From Lama glama (Eukaryota), in assembly GCA_028534125.1 (NCBI GenBank), contig CM052816.1, forward strand, positions 38,876,001 through 38,940,000: DNA of 64,000 nt. The letters are read 5' to 3'. The notes under the pieces are model-generated. The model saw only the letters and a list, made by a program, of their open reading frames with translations, made no database searches and was not told the origin of the DNA. Of the stretch, positions 1 to 12,630 are shown piece by piece (within the stretch, counting starts at the first letter, position 1; each line of letters starts with the position of its first letter). Position numbers and translations under genes: made by a program.

Positions 1-377
1 CTTTCTCCCTGCAAGTTGACTTTAGTTCATATAGAGAATAAATGCATGACTTGTGAGTCAAAATCCCAATGACACTCACAGCATTTTAATAGCATCCACA
101 CAGAAAGACTGCCTAACCTGGGTATTCATAAAGTCTGTGGCCAGAGAATGGGAAAGGAAAGCTTTTGTAGCCATCATAGCTAGTGTCAACACGTAAGTGG
201 GAGGAAGAGCCTGTAAACTAGGAAGGCTCCAATTAGAGGAAATGCTGTGCCTTCACTCTCCAAATACTTTAAAGTTGTATGTCTTACCTTGAATGCCTCG
301 ACCCAGAATGTTATCTAGGCATTTGCTATTCAAGTTAAGCATCTATCACTTGCCACTAACGAGTCTTGAGTTATTCG

Positions 378-500
378 AGTGACCATATAATTTAGCTTTC
401 AAATCAGGACACTTTGAGAGAAGACACTGTTAATAATTATACTGAGACAACAGATGTATGCAGGGAATGTCTCAGACAAAATGAGACATATGTCATCTTA
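378..500 (-). mobile_element. MER94-like hAT-Blackjack DNA transposon fossil
   Basis: gtgaccatataatttagctttcaaatcaggacactttgagag...aataattat...gacaacag resembles the reverse complement of the MER94 consensus as recalled; degenerate TIR-like ends. Confidence 0.7.
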
Positions 501-879
501 TGAATAACGTACAAACTGGTTCTCTGCTTCCTCATCCACATAGAGGAGCACGATTTTAGCTGACAGCTTCAAGTTTGTACATTGTTCTGAGTCCAGTTCC
601 CTATGAGAAAATAATTCCTACCTTTCAATATGAATTCCAACAAATTGAAAAAAACCAATTACTCATAACCAAGGAGGTGTGGTCACATTACAAGAAAATC
701 GACTCTGGGAGCTCTGCATTCCTAACGCTGTGTTTGTTTGGAATGGAGTCGGGTGGGTGGAGGGTTGCATTTCTAGAAAAATGGAATCTTTGGGAAGCCC
801 AACGTTGGGACTTCATCCTACATAAGTTTAATGCTGTGCAAGAGACCTAGAGGCCAAAGAATTCCCATCAAAATGACTA

Positions 880-1000
880 CACAACTTTATGAGTTAGCCT
901 GCCACAGCACCATGAACACTTGCAGAAAACATGTAATTCCTGTATCAGAGACAAAGGACGTTATTACTCACAGCAAAAGCAGCCACTGCCCACCACTGTT
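880..1000 (-). mobile_element. ERVL-type LTR fragment (family uncertain)
   Basis: cagagacaaaggacgttattactcacagcaaaagcagcc resembles the antisense polyA-signal region of old ERVL LTRs. Confidence 0.4.
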
Positions 1001-2104
1001 AAGCTGTAGCCTATGACGCTGGTTAAAGTATCACCAACTAGCTGTACTGCATACAATAAGTCATTTGGCTTTTCCAGTATTTAGTCTCCTCACCTTTATT
1101 TTTGCTATGCAGACCCTGAAACAGATTTTTAAACTAGTTTACTTAAGCAACAGTTGAGAAATTATTGTTTTTCCAAAGCTCATATGAGAACAGTGGAATC
1201 AATTACCCTATACTTTTAAAAGGTTACTATGTTATACAGTAAATTAATATACAGTTTGAGATTATGAGGAAGGTATAGTTGTCTGTACTTAAAATTAAAA
1301 TATGAAATAAGACTCCTTTTGGTGGACACTGTTCAAATAACCCTGGAATCAGACGACCATTTACAGAGCTCCGCTGTGGTGTAGACTTAACAAAACAATT
1401 AAGTGTTAAGTCGGGAGTGTGAGTATGAAACAGGGACTCTCTTGAGTGAATGCCATTGAACCACACCAAATCCTTTATTTTGCTAAAATTGTTCCTCAGA
1501 CTTTCCAACTGATCATACATATCTGTCCTTCATGCTTCATCAATTTCTCAACTTACAGACAAAAATAGTTTTGCTCAGTGTATCTGTTCAATTGTAGTCA
1601 CTGTAATTATGACTTTACTTTTAAATAATCCATGCTGTATTTTTTTTTATGTTGTAAAATAAATTAGATTTTGTTTGGGGTAATTTCACTCTATCCTTTG
1701 CAGTAACATAAGGTAACAGTTTTGCTCCACTTTCAAATGGACTTCTCATTCTAGCTTCTCTCACCTTCCTCTGGAGTGTTAATTACAGGTGAAATCTGAT
1801 ATTAATTGGACCAATAGGGTTATACATAGCCTTTCAGTATTATTATATTTACTGCGAATTATTTAATTATAGGTTTCTACAAAAGGATACTGATAATAGT
1901 GTTTTCAGGGTTTTTCTTCCCTCTTGTTCTCACGCGAACAGCTTCCTGATCTTTCGAAAGGAATTTGTGTTTGTGAGTGTGTGTTTATCATCTTTTTTTT
2001 TTTTAATGTTTTACAAATTTCTAAGCCATGAAGTGATATGGACATTTTTTATTTTGTGACATGGCTTTAATTGAACAAACTGTCCTTCAAAATGCAGTAG
2101 CAAA

Positions 2105-2146
2105 CTATAAATGAATAAAAAATGTTAAAAAAAAAAACATATAAAA
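2105..2146 (+). mobile_element. Extremely 5'-truncated L1 3' end or polyA insertion with TSD
   Basis: ctataaatgaataaaaaatgtt plus an A-tail, flanked by the perfect direct repeat caaaatgcagtagcaaa (2088-2104 and 2147-2163). Confidence 0.75.
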
Positions 2147-2687
2147 CAAAATGCAGTAGCAAAAATGGAGGTTCTCCTTCCACTGCAGTCCTACAAAGAG
2201 AAGTATCAGTAAAAATTGGAGGGTTTTCTTTTCTCCTATAACAGCCATTTTTTTGTTCATAATTGTGATGTTTTTATTTAAGGAACAGCTTACACCTGGT
2301 TCAAAATGCAGCAGTAGCTTACAATTGTGTGCACATCAGTTTCAGCTGAAGAAATTTTAGGTGCTAATCCATGCATTACTGAAGAGGTAAAATTTCCAAC
2401 GTTTTACTGAGAATGTACAAACACACCACGTCAAATAAGATCATTGCTCCATCATGTCCTGCTACAAACTCTAAATGCTTCAGAGACCAACTTAAGTAAA
2501 TGTGGCCACCTAACAGCCTATATGGGATATATTTATTTTCTCATACATATTCATAAAAACAGCAATAAGACATGATCCAATTGATAAATATTCAATTTAC
2601 CAGGTTAAAAATTATGACAATAGCAGCAATATATTTAGTGAAAAGATAGAATTAGTTTTTAAAATGTATTCAGATTTTTAGCCTCTG

Positions 2688-2960
2688 CATTCATTCATTC
2701 ATTCATTCTCAGTATATGCTAGACCCTGGAGAACAATCGTGTGGTCTCCGTCCACAATGAGCTGACCTTCTAGTGCAGGAGTCTGGCAGTAAACTAGCAA
2801 TACAATAGCCAATGAATTAAATACATACAAAAGGTGATGAATGCAAGGTAGAAAATGACCAGCTTATTCTGAGAGAGAATAAAAGTGCTAACGTTCATCA
2901 GATAGGATGGGCAGGAAAAGTCTCTCCATTAAACTAAGACCCAGCAGATAAGAAGAAGCC
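2688..2960 (-). mobile_element. L2 3' fragment
   Basis: (cattcatt)n tail followed by L2-like antisense sequence (gagctgaccttctagtg...). Confidence 0.65.
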
Positions 2961-5300
2961 TCTTTGGAAATAGTTGTATTTCTGCTGGAGCAAGGAAAAC
3001 AAGTGAACAATCAGAAAAGAGGTTGTTGGTTAAGTTTTCTGATCATGGAGCAGGCGCTCCAGGGACACAAGTGGCCAAGGGAGAGTGTGTCAGATCGGCA
3101 AATGTTACAGAGTCCACTGTGGAGATGATGTAATACTAGCTACTTGGGGGGCCTGGGCTTCATATCATCACTGAGGTGAACTGGGAAAAGAGGCATGGTT
3201 GAATTAATTATAATAAATTTCTACTTAGAAGTAAGCATCATTCCAGCATTGAGCTCACAAATATTTTGCTAGGTGGCATGGCATCCTAAACCAACTGACT
3301 GGCTATTAGAGCACCTCTGTTCAAATTTGTGATGATGTAAGGCTTTCATCATTACTTTTAACTAATTATAATAGTAAATAAATAAAACATGATAAATTTG
3401 TGTGACATGTTTTTGACACTACCTAATCCCTACGCCTTTCGGTTGAACATGCAGGGAGAGCTGAACATGCAGTGAGAGCAGAATTGGGTGCTAATGGATT
3501 CTGACTCCCTACCACGTCTAGAACTTTCACCACTGATAAATATACTGTCATAGAATGGTTTTAGGATAACAAAGGATTGTGTGCTGAATCACTTTTTCTT
3601 TACTCTGCAACTATTTGGCTCAGTTGATTACTGCCAGTGCTTAAATGACTGAGTTAGCTTTGTTCTCTTCCAAGGCCTTAAGCTGCCATCCCTACAACAG
3701 CCAGTTTTCTCAGAAGATCACGTTTGTTATTGTTGTTGTTGTTGTTAAATTATCTGCCATTTCAAAACTAACTCAAGCGTAAGTCTTAAAATCATAGATC
3801 AATTCTGTAATATACAAAGGATGGTCAGTACATTCTTTTGATGTATGGTAAAATCCTTGCTTTATATTGAAGCAGAGGCATAAAAAGTGTAAGCGACTTG
3901 CTGAAATCATAAAAAAAATTGTGATGAAAAAGAGAATTGAATACCCATTTTTGACAGTAAAGAGTAATGAGACGCCAATCACCTTAAAAATAAACCCTAT
4001 CATATGATCACCAACATGACCCAGAAAGAACTGCCTGGCCATTTACAGCTGAATGTGGTGGAACAGGAGGAATAAATTTCAAGTTAGCCAATTCATTTGA
4101 AGTTTCTATCCTCTTTAAAAAAAATACGAGTGAAAAGAGTGGGTTTTAAAATCCTCATTTTCAAGATAAAGAAACAGAAGTCTGTTCAGAGTTGAAAAAC
4201 CTAGTTGTCTGGAGGTTACCTAAGAATAATGGAATTAGAGACATCAGATCCCAAAAACATACAAGTAGTAGTCTGAGAGGCAGAGATTTACTTTGAGAAC
4301 CCAATGACATAGCAAGGAATTCCAGTAAAACATAGAAAAGATAAAGAAATGGTAACCTGCAGAGAAATGCATTAGGTGATCTTTTATTCTCTCCTAAAGC
4401 ACTGCAGTTCATTCACATAGAACAGTATGTTGAACCTTGTCAAACTGAGAGCACGGTCATAACATGGTGAGTTCTTGATGTGTTTAAAGAAGATGTGTCC
4501 CCAAAGACATTATGACTTTGTCACCAGAAGCAGGAGTTCTGCTATGGAAATGGCTGCATTACTTCATATAACAAGGTATCCAAATGTTTTCCTAAAAATT
4601 CAAAGGCCACTGGCCATTGAGAGCTTTCCATAATGACACCAAAAAGTGAGAGCAAGAAAACACACTGAATTTGGGGTAGAATGCACTCTCCAACCCTCAA
4701 ATGACAAGCTTGTTTTTGTTTGCATAGGACATGAGTGACAGGAAATATAAACTCAGGCAGCAGAGCTGGAAAATGTGGTAAGTAGAAAATGTGCAGTTCT
4801 AGAGAACACTGACCTTCTGTTCCATGAAGGAAGGGCCAAAGATCGTGAATTAATGTTTTGGTTAGGAAGAAAGTGCAAATCCACAGATCTAAAAGTTTCA
4901 ATGTTTCACTACAAGAGTAATAGAAAAGAAGTACTTTCCATGTTACAATTTCCAAGTCAAAATCCAATCCAACTAAGGATGTCTTTAAAAGAAATAAGGT
5001 CCCCCAGGTGGTTAGTACTAAGAAGTCTAAGCTGAAACCCATCAGTTACAAAGTTATCTTTAGCTAGAACAGTTTAGCCATACATGATTACAGAGGCTGA
5101 AGGTACTTAGGGCAGAGCAGAAGCCATGGTGATGCCACCAGCTTCCTGCCACATGTCCACACCAGTGAAAGAAGTGACATTAACAGATTAATTCCCCTCC
5201 CATGGGTCTCTGAGTTACAGTGATTAAAAAAACAACGAATACCAAAAGATGTAAGACTTTCACATTCCGAACCAAAGTAAGCAGCTCTCACTAGTTGTAG

Positions 5301-5609
5301 CAGCCCTGTGCAGGAGGTAGCCTCTGGCTACATGGGGCTACTGAATGCTTGAACTGCGGCTGGTGATGTGTTGTTAGCATAAAATATGAACTAGATTTAG
5401 AAGACCTAGTACCAAAAATGTAAAGTATTTCATTAATAATTCTTTACATTTACTACATGTTGTTAAAATTATGCTCTATGAGAGATATTGGGTTAAATGA
5501 AATATATTATTAAAATAATTTATCTGTTTCCTTATCATTTTTAACGTAACTATTAGGAAATTTTTAATTACATATGTGGCTCACAAGAGATTTCTAACAG
5601 ACAGTGCTG
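5301..5609 (-). mobile_element. MER33 (hAT-Charlie) DNA transposon
   Basis: ggtagcc...ggctacatggggctactgaatgcttgaa...aattacatatgtggctcac...gacagtgctg; 8-bp TSD-like flanks agttgtag and agttacag. Confidence 0.85.
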
Positions 5610-6419
5610 AGTTACAGGTGCCACATGGTATTGATAATAAATAAATAAACAAACAGCAATGGAGACGTGCATTTCCTCTTCCAGAAGGTCTTGGCTGGAA
5701 ACTGAGATGGACCATACAGTCTTTGTACCACTAAGAAGCTGGATATGGAAGGCTACACTTTTCCAGGTGACTAAGAAACTGGTAAATCTGTAATTCTACA
5801 AAAATTAGGCCACAGAGCTATGAATTATACTGACCATGCTGGAAACGACAAGGGCTTTTTAAAGGAACAAGAGAAAAGGGGCTCAAAGAACCACAGGTAT
5901 GGACTCATTCAGACAGATGTACTAAAGACAAACAATGCGAGAAGTGTGTGGATTCAGATGTAGAAACTAAAAGGAGGCACGCTCCAGAAGGCACCTGTGA
6001 CCTTTCTGTAGGCACCAATCCACATAAACCAGTCCCAACAGTGAGGCTTCTGCTGTGACACACTGAGAACTGGCTTGTTCTGCATCTATCCCGATGCTCT
6101 TCTTGTGCTCCTTCCTATACTACAGAGCCAGAAAGATGAAGAGAATGTCTCACACGCTCTCAACCAGCTTAGATTCTAGATGTGAGTTTGGTTATGCCAG
6201 TCAGATGCCAACACAAGACTTGAGTTTGTAACTGAGTCCATGGTAAAGAGCAGAGCTGGAGCATCAGTGTTGCAGGCTTGGTTCTCAAGGTGATAGCTGG
6301 AAGGGTAAAGCTTCAGTCGGATAGGCCGCTCTCTCATGATGGCCAGCAGAGCTCTTTGGTTGTCCAGTGTTGCCATGAAGCCTGGAGGGGCTGGGGGTTG
6401 CTCCTAGAAGCTCAATCTA

Positions 6420-6565
6420 ATATCTGTCTCTTCAGCTACAAAATGTACATGAAAATGGTAACTATCTTTTACGCTTTTGTGAGGAGTAATGAACTAATGC
6501 ATTAAAAGGATTAGAATAATGATTGACACCAAGAAAGCAATTAATAACTGCTAGTTGTTATTAGA
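6420..6565 (+). mobile_element. MIR SINE 3' half
   Basis: aaaatg...ttgtgaggagtaatgaactaatgcattaaaaggattagaa...aataactgctagttgttatta matches the MIR core and tail. Confidence 0.7.
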
Positions 6566-8269
6566 ATTTTAATATTAGTTATTAGGATTTGAATTCAGGG
6601 TTGATCATGGAGGAGTTCTGCATAGAAGGTGAAATTGTAGCCAGAGGTATAATTAAGGTTTCCTCCCATGAAGAATCAAGAAAATTCCTTAATCTGGAGT
6701 CACATGTTAACGAGAAGTTAAAGAAGTCACTCTCTCAAGTAGGTAAGACTAGAGGAACTTGCCATATAGCAATACTGCAGGAAGCTAATTACCTGGGATG
6801 GTTCGGGAAAATGTATACAGACAGAGGGACCATAAATAGAAACATCTCATTCAAAATAACACAGAAAGCAAAATTAAAAAATTATTTGCTGCTTAGTTCT
6901 CATAGTAATGGAGAGAGTTAAATGATGGTTGAACTATTTTCTAAGACTTCATTGATGACTTAACTTCCAGAGGGCGTCACTAATTGATTCTTTACATGGC
7001 TATTGAGCCTCCCATGTGCCAGGCACTGGGATAAAATAGAAAGCAAATAGGAGGCCTGTAGTTGAAAACGTGAGGATTGATAGGAACCTAAATGAAAAAG
7101 GAATGACATCTGAATAGAAAATAATCAATCTTGGGAAATACTTCTCAGGGTGGGTAAGAGTCAGTGGCATAATAATCCCCTTAAGTGTTTATTCCTTCAC
7201 TTTGCACTGCACATCCCCCTTCTCCCACAGTCACCTCTGCCCAAGAGAAGTTCAATAACCAATCAGGAAGCAATGCTATGAGCTGCATGGCCAAAGCCAC
7301 GGGAGCAACTTTATGTAATTTTTAAAAGTAATTTCGAATTTCTGAAAAAGTTATGAGTATTATCCAAAGAGATTTATTCCTGAATCACCTGAAAGTAAGT
7401 CGCTGACATGATACACCATCAGACTGTACAGCGTTTACGTACATTTCCTACAAACAAGAATACTCTGCTGCACAACCACAATGCAATCATCAGAACAAGA
7501 AGTTAACCCTGATATATTACTACCAACTGATCCTCAGCCCCCACTGGAGTTTCACCAACTGTTCCAAGAATGTCCTTTATAAGATCCATTTCAGAAGCAT
7601 GCATTACATCTAGTATGTCTCTTTAGTCTCCTTCCATCTGGAACAGCTCCTTGACTTTCATGAAGTGGGCATTTTTGAGGATTAGAGGTAATTTACTTTG
7701 TAGCATTATCCTCAATTTTCATTACTCTGATGTTTTCTCATGATTAGATTCAAAAATAACACAGATGAGCTGTATTTTTCTCATTTCATCCTATCAAGTG
7801 GCAAACAATCTGCTCACACCATTACTAGTAATTTTACTTTGATCACTTGATTAAGGTGATGTCTCCCAAATTTCTCCACTGCGACCTCATTCTTCAACTC
7901 CCTGTAATAAGTAATTTGTGGAGAGGCACTTTTAAACTATGTAAATATTCCCTCTCTCACTAAATTTTTAATGTATTCACTTACCTACTTCTATAAGTAT
8001 GGATTCATGGTTTCTGGTTTTATTCAAGAGATTATAATCCACTATTCTCATTAGTTATTTTGATGTTCAAATTGCCTCATATACGGTCAGTGTGAGTCCC
8101 TTCAACCTGGCTCTGTGTCTGGTTGATATTGCCCATATCATTCTTAGATCAATTCTTTACTTTTGGACACAAAAAGATGTTCCAGAATCACACTGTGCTT
8201 TCCCTGTCCTGGCCTGGAATCTGCTGCTTCTCCAGGAAGCCCTGATTCCTTTTGGTTAAAAGTAGGAGT

Positions 8270-8400
8270 ACTGCCAGCTGTCAGCCACTTCAAGGAGTGC
8301 CTGAGCTGCAAACAGCTGTCTTGCCCAAGGTCACACTCCACCCTAGGCAGCCAGTCAAGGCAGGTATGAAGGTCTGGAAAACCTAGGCTGCAACTGCGAC
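8270..8400 (+). mobile_element. LTR16-like ERVL LTR fragment
   Basis: gctgtcagccacttcaaggagtgcctgagctgcaaacagctgtcttgcccaaggtcac; similar to the LTR at 15930-15990 in this window. Confidence 0.6.
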
Positions 8401-8519
8401 TATAACCAGGACCTGGTCCCTATACTAATTCACTGACATTGAGGTGTTCCTGCTCCACTGACATTGAGATGTTCCTGCTCCCAGGGCCTCTCAGTGGGCA
8501 GAGGGGGTGTGTGTGTGAG

Positions 8520-8908
8520 CCTTTGTAGAGATAATTAAATCAAAAATCTTGAGATGGGTTATCCTGGATAACTCGGCTGAATGTAATCACAAGAGTCATT
8601 ACAAGAGAAAGGCAGGAATATCAGAATCAGACAAGGAGATATGATGATGGAAGCAAAGGTCACGGTGATACAAGGCCACAGGCCAAGCAACAAATGTTGG
8701 CAGCTTGTAGAAGCTGGGAAAAGCAAGAAAATGTGTTCTCCCTTATAGCTTCCAGAAGGAATGTAGCCCTGCCAACACCTTGACTTCAGCCCAGTGAAAC
8801 TGATTCTGGACTTCTGGCTTCCAGAACTGTGAGAAAATAAATTGCTTTAAAAAAAAAAAAACACCAAGTTTTTGGTAATCATTACAGCACCCACAGGAAA
8901 TTAATCCA
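8520..8908 (+). mobile_element. MLT1D-like MaLR LTR
   Basis: gagatgggttatcctggat...tagaagctgggaaaagcaagaaa...gccctgccaacaccttgact...ccagaactgtgagaaaataaa...ggaaattaatcca. Confidence 0.85.
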
Positions 8909-9489
8909 AAATCTATCACCACACGGAAGCCTTCCTCACCCAGCTCAGGCTCTGATACCTCGTATTAGGCCACCACCCTCCTCCATGTTGGGCTCCAACA
9001 TCTTGTAACAAAAAGGCCTTCCTAGAGAACGACCTTCTCACCCTGCTCAGACTTGCAGACCTCACGCTGGGCTACCCTCTGTACAGATGCTCTCTGCACC
9101 CCACTGAGGTTCCAGCTCTGCAGGCCCCACGCCGGGCTGCTTTTCTGTGCAGATGTCCTCCTCCCTCCCTTGTGCCCCTATAGCCATTCCTAACTACCCC
9201 TCCATGGGTATATCCTTCTCCTACTGTTTGTAGCCGAGTAACCGTCTTCTCTCTTCCCATCACAGGAGGCCAGGCATTTGTTCTGAGACATTGAACCAGG
9301 GAGTCTCCAGACCAGAGAATACCAGACACTTGGGGGATTCGAGGAAAGTCTTCCTACTCGAAGGTGGGAGTCCCTTCTTCCACCCTTCTCCAAAAAGCCT
9401 GGCAACCAGACTTGCCCTCAACCAGACAGGAGACTGGGGGAATCCTCCCTGGAACAAGCGAGTAGTAGCGTTTAGAAGAGAACTCACAT

Positions 9490-9913
9490 ACTGGCACTTG
9501 AGTCTGTGCATGCCACGTCACCCCTCCAGTCCTGCATTTCAATGGAATGCACCTCCACAGGGTATCGGGCAAGCTTCTGGGAGGCGACTAAGGCCCAGGG
9601 GGCACGATCCTGAACCACACAACAGTCAGCTCCTCATGGAGTGAACTTTGACCAATAGGAAAAGGGAGATAAGAAGAAGCCAAATAGATGCATTTCGCTT
9701 CTTTTTAGCCATCTACGCATCACAGCCATGCAGACAGGTCTACGTGCCGAGCTGACCTATCATGTAATGTATTACACAGCGCTGCTTCGTAGCTTTCCTT
9801 GCCTCACTTCTACTTTTTCTTACCTTCACCTACCTGGGCTTATACAACCCAAATAAAGTACCAGAACATCAGCCCCTGAGTTAATCTGTTTTTAGAGGAT
9901 CTAGGCTAAGGCA
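9490..9913 (+). mobile_element. ERVL LTR (LTR33-like)
   Basis: tttgaccaatagg CCAAT region, cccaaataaag polyA signal, terminal ctaggctaaggca. Confidence 0.6.
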
Positions 9914-12126
9914 GCATATTATTTTTAAACACAGAGATATATACTTGAACAAACGGCTGTCTCTGAGGAGTAGGACTACAGCATAGGGAGGGTGAGATGA
10001 AAGGTTATTAATTTCTTCTATAAAGTTTCTGATATTACTGATTTTTAAAACTATCTCTGTATATTACTTTTATAAATAAAAGCTTAGAAAGGAAATGCAT
10101 GATGACTACTATTACATGCATTTAAAATTGCTTGCACACCTTTTATAAGTGTTCCCCACAGATCAGAGAAATAAACTAACAATTATTTGAGTAGTTTAAC
10201 GTTGTGACTTAAGCCTCTGTATTCATGCACATTTTATAGATTTTTCTAAAAACAAAAATCCCTTTTATGAAAAGTGAAGTTAGATATCATCTTAAGATCA
10301 AAACCTCCTTGTATCCTGCTTAAAGTGCTGTATTCCTGAGACGGAGCAAGTGCTTTACGGCAGAATAGCAGTAAGTCAATCTATAGACTCATCTTAATGA
10401 ATTATAGAGGAAGGAGAAACAGCTGAAAAAAGAAACCACTTTATTTTTACATTGACTGTCTTTTGAAAAATGGAACTGAGGGTAGAATTAATGATTTAAT
10501 TAAACCACTTAATGTTTTATTAAAGTCAATATGGCCCAGTGTTCCTGTGCCACCATCAGCTTATCAATAAAACCTCGTATTTGTTTTCGCCAAAGAATTC
10601 GTTTTTTTATTACATGTGCCTGTACTACAGAGCCTCTAATTGCTTTCAGGAAATCATATATACCCTTATATTATAAGATCTTTCCATTAGGGGATCACAA
10701 AATTCTACTGAAAAAAAAAAATCAGGTCAGGTTCTAAAGGCATGATTTATTCAGCTTGGTCGCTACTCACCATGAAGAGCTCTATTTCTGCTCTGTTCAG
10801 CAGAGTATCTGTTCAGCTTTCACAGCAAAGGAGGGACTCAAGGTCACAAGAGCGAAGCCCACCTGAGGCGGATGTACTCGGCAGGAAGCTCTGAAGCACC
10901 AGAGGTGATTTTCTCACTAGTACCTGTTAGAGCCTCCCCCTTTCTTTAGAGTGTATTTTTTCTTATCTCAGATCTCCCCCCCACCCAGTTTGTGTATCCA
11001 ACATAAATTACTGAAAGTAAATGGCCAATTCAGGGAAGAGGAAAATGGGTAAGAAGAGGCCTCCCTAAGATAAGTTACAAATGCAAGCCTGCTATTTCAT
11101 TTAAAGCATTTAGATTGGATAAGAGAAATCCTGGCAGAGAGGAAGAGCGTGGACATGCAAATCCAACGAGTAAAACGTGATTCAACATGTATGCATTCCC
11201 TGCCACCATGACTTTCCCCTCATGTGGCTTCACTTACAAGACCCAGGACAGCGCGAGACTGTAGATCGATAATCAGTCACAGAGGCCATGTCCTCATGCT
11301 CACGCCAGTCCTGTTAGTATTTCTGCTTTGGTCCTTGTATTGCTACAGGGGAACTTTCTAGACAAAAGCTGCCATTTAACTAGAAGCAAGTACTGCTCCT
11401 GCAATGCTGATTTCTGTGTTCACAGATCAAAGCCTCAGTGGGCAGGTCATGCTCCCACACTCTCTTAGGACAAGTGTCTTCTCAGGCCCCTCATTTAACA
11501 GAAAACACAGACACACAGAGGAATGTTTTCATCACATCTGTCATAAATGATTCAGACTGACCCAATGTCACAGACTTACTTTCTCCACACTTCAGCCTAA
11601 TGGATTTTTATGACACTTATTTGGCTCAAATTAAAAATTTTAAAATTCACATATTTCACATTATTTGTTTCACAAGAGATTGACCAACTGGTTTGACTGA
11701 CTCTAAAATGTTATTGACTTGCTCTGTAACACATATGTGCTTTGGACTACCCCACATTACTCTCTTTCTTTATATTCTTGTCCACTTCTCCTTCTACACC
11801 ATTTGTTTCTCATGTGTTTTTTTCTTACCTTCAATCCTCTGCCTTGTTTCCATCTCCTTATTCTTGCCCTGATTATGGAATACGAAATCAGAAGTGGATT
11901 CTTTTTCTCATTCTTTTCTTCCCCTGGTTGATTCTAAGGAACACCTGGTAGGGAAATGGGAGATGAATGTTAATACTGACATTTAATGGCATTTATTGGC
12001 AGTTTAACATACTGAACAGTAAGATATAGACATAGATGTCTTCAGTACATGCTCTTTTTTCCCCTAAAACACAGGGGAAAAAAATACATAAATTCCCACC
12101 ATTCAATCCCATAATTGTTAACTTTC

Positions 12127-12269
12127 TCTTTTTTTAATTTTTAAAATTTGTTTTGGGGGGAGGTAATTAGGTTTATCTATTTATTTTTTCAGTGGAGGTA
12201 CTGGGGATTGAACCCAGGACCTTGTGCATGCTAAGCATACACTTTATCACTTGAGCTATTCCCTCCCCC
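12127..12269 (-). mobile_element. vic-1-like camelid tRNA-derived SINE
   Basis: Reverse strand reads gggggagggaatagctcaagtgataaag...cctgggttcaatccccagtacctcc...aaacctaattacctcccccc plus an A-rich tail; A/B boxes; TSD tgttaactttc (12116-12126) and tattaactttc (12270-12280). Confidence 0.85.
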
Positions 12270-12399
12270 TATTAACTTTCAATACAGAATTAATTTCTCC
12301 AATTTCTTTTCTGTGCACATAATTTTAAATAAAGCTGCGCAAGCAACTTATGCTTACATTCTTTCATGAAGAGAAGGGATGGAGGGAAGGAGAGAGAGT

Positions 12400-12630
12400 T
12401 CTTTTTGACAATCATCAGACAACTTTCTCATTTCTCCTCCTTATTCTCTGCCCCACAGGCAACTCTCCCACAACAGACAACCAGTAGCACAATATACATA
12501 ATTTTTTCAAATATTTCATACTTACATATGTATCCAGAAATAACACACTGTACGTAACTTCTGCCACTTGCTTTTTCACTCAACTTTAAGTTTTTGAGCT
12601 CTATCTCTGATGATTTATATAGATCTAGGG
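12400..12630 (-). mobile_element. Old L1ME-like 3' fragment
   Basis: ttctgccacttgctttttcactcaac...ctatctctgatgatttatatagatctag. Confidence 0.5.

Larger units (their letters stand above)
7315..9190 (-). mobile_element. Old L1 3' region (L1MC4-like) interrupted by LTR16 and MLT1 insertions
   Basis: tttcctacaaacaagaatactctg...cacaaccacaatgcaatcatc; aaaagatgttccagaatcac...tttccctgtcctggcctggaatc; degenerate ccttcctcacccagctcaggctctg internal repeats at 8930-9170. Confidence 0.75.

Noticed and set aside
3442..3477. 18-bp tandem duplication containing GAACATGCAG twice
   Set aside because: Ordinary slippage duplication; poor p53 half-site match
4395..4560. Faint hAT-transposase-like translation (KHCSSF...VKLRARS*HGEFLMCLKKM)
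   Set aside because: Multiple stops, wrong spacing from the HC motif and no following RWLS-type motif; indistinguishable from chance without an HMM search
4542..5042. Longest ORF in the track (166 aa, minus strand)
   Set aside because: Leu/Phe-rich composition expected from the antisense of A-rich DNA; no recognisable domain
8930..9170. Degenerate ~55-bp repeats with variable spacers
   Set aside because: Resemble the internal tandem repeat of L1MC4-type 3' regions; not CRISPR-like in a mammalian context
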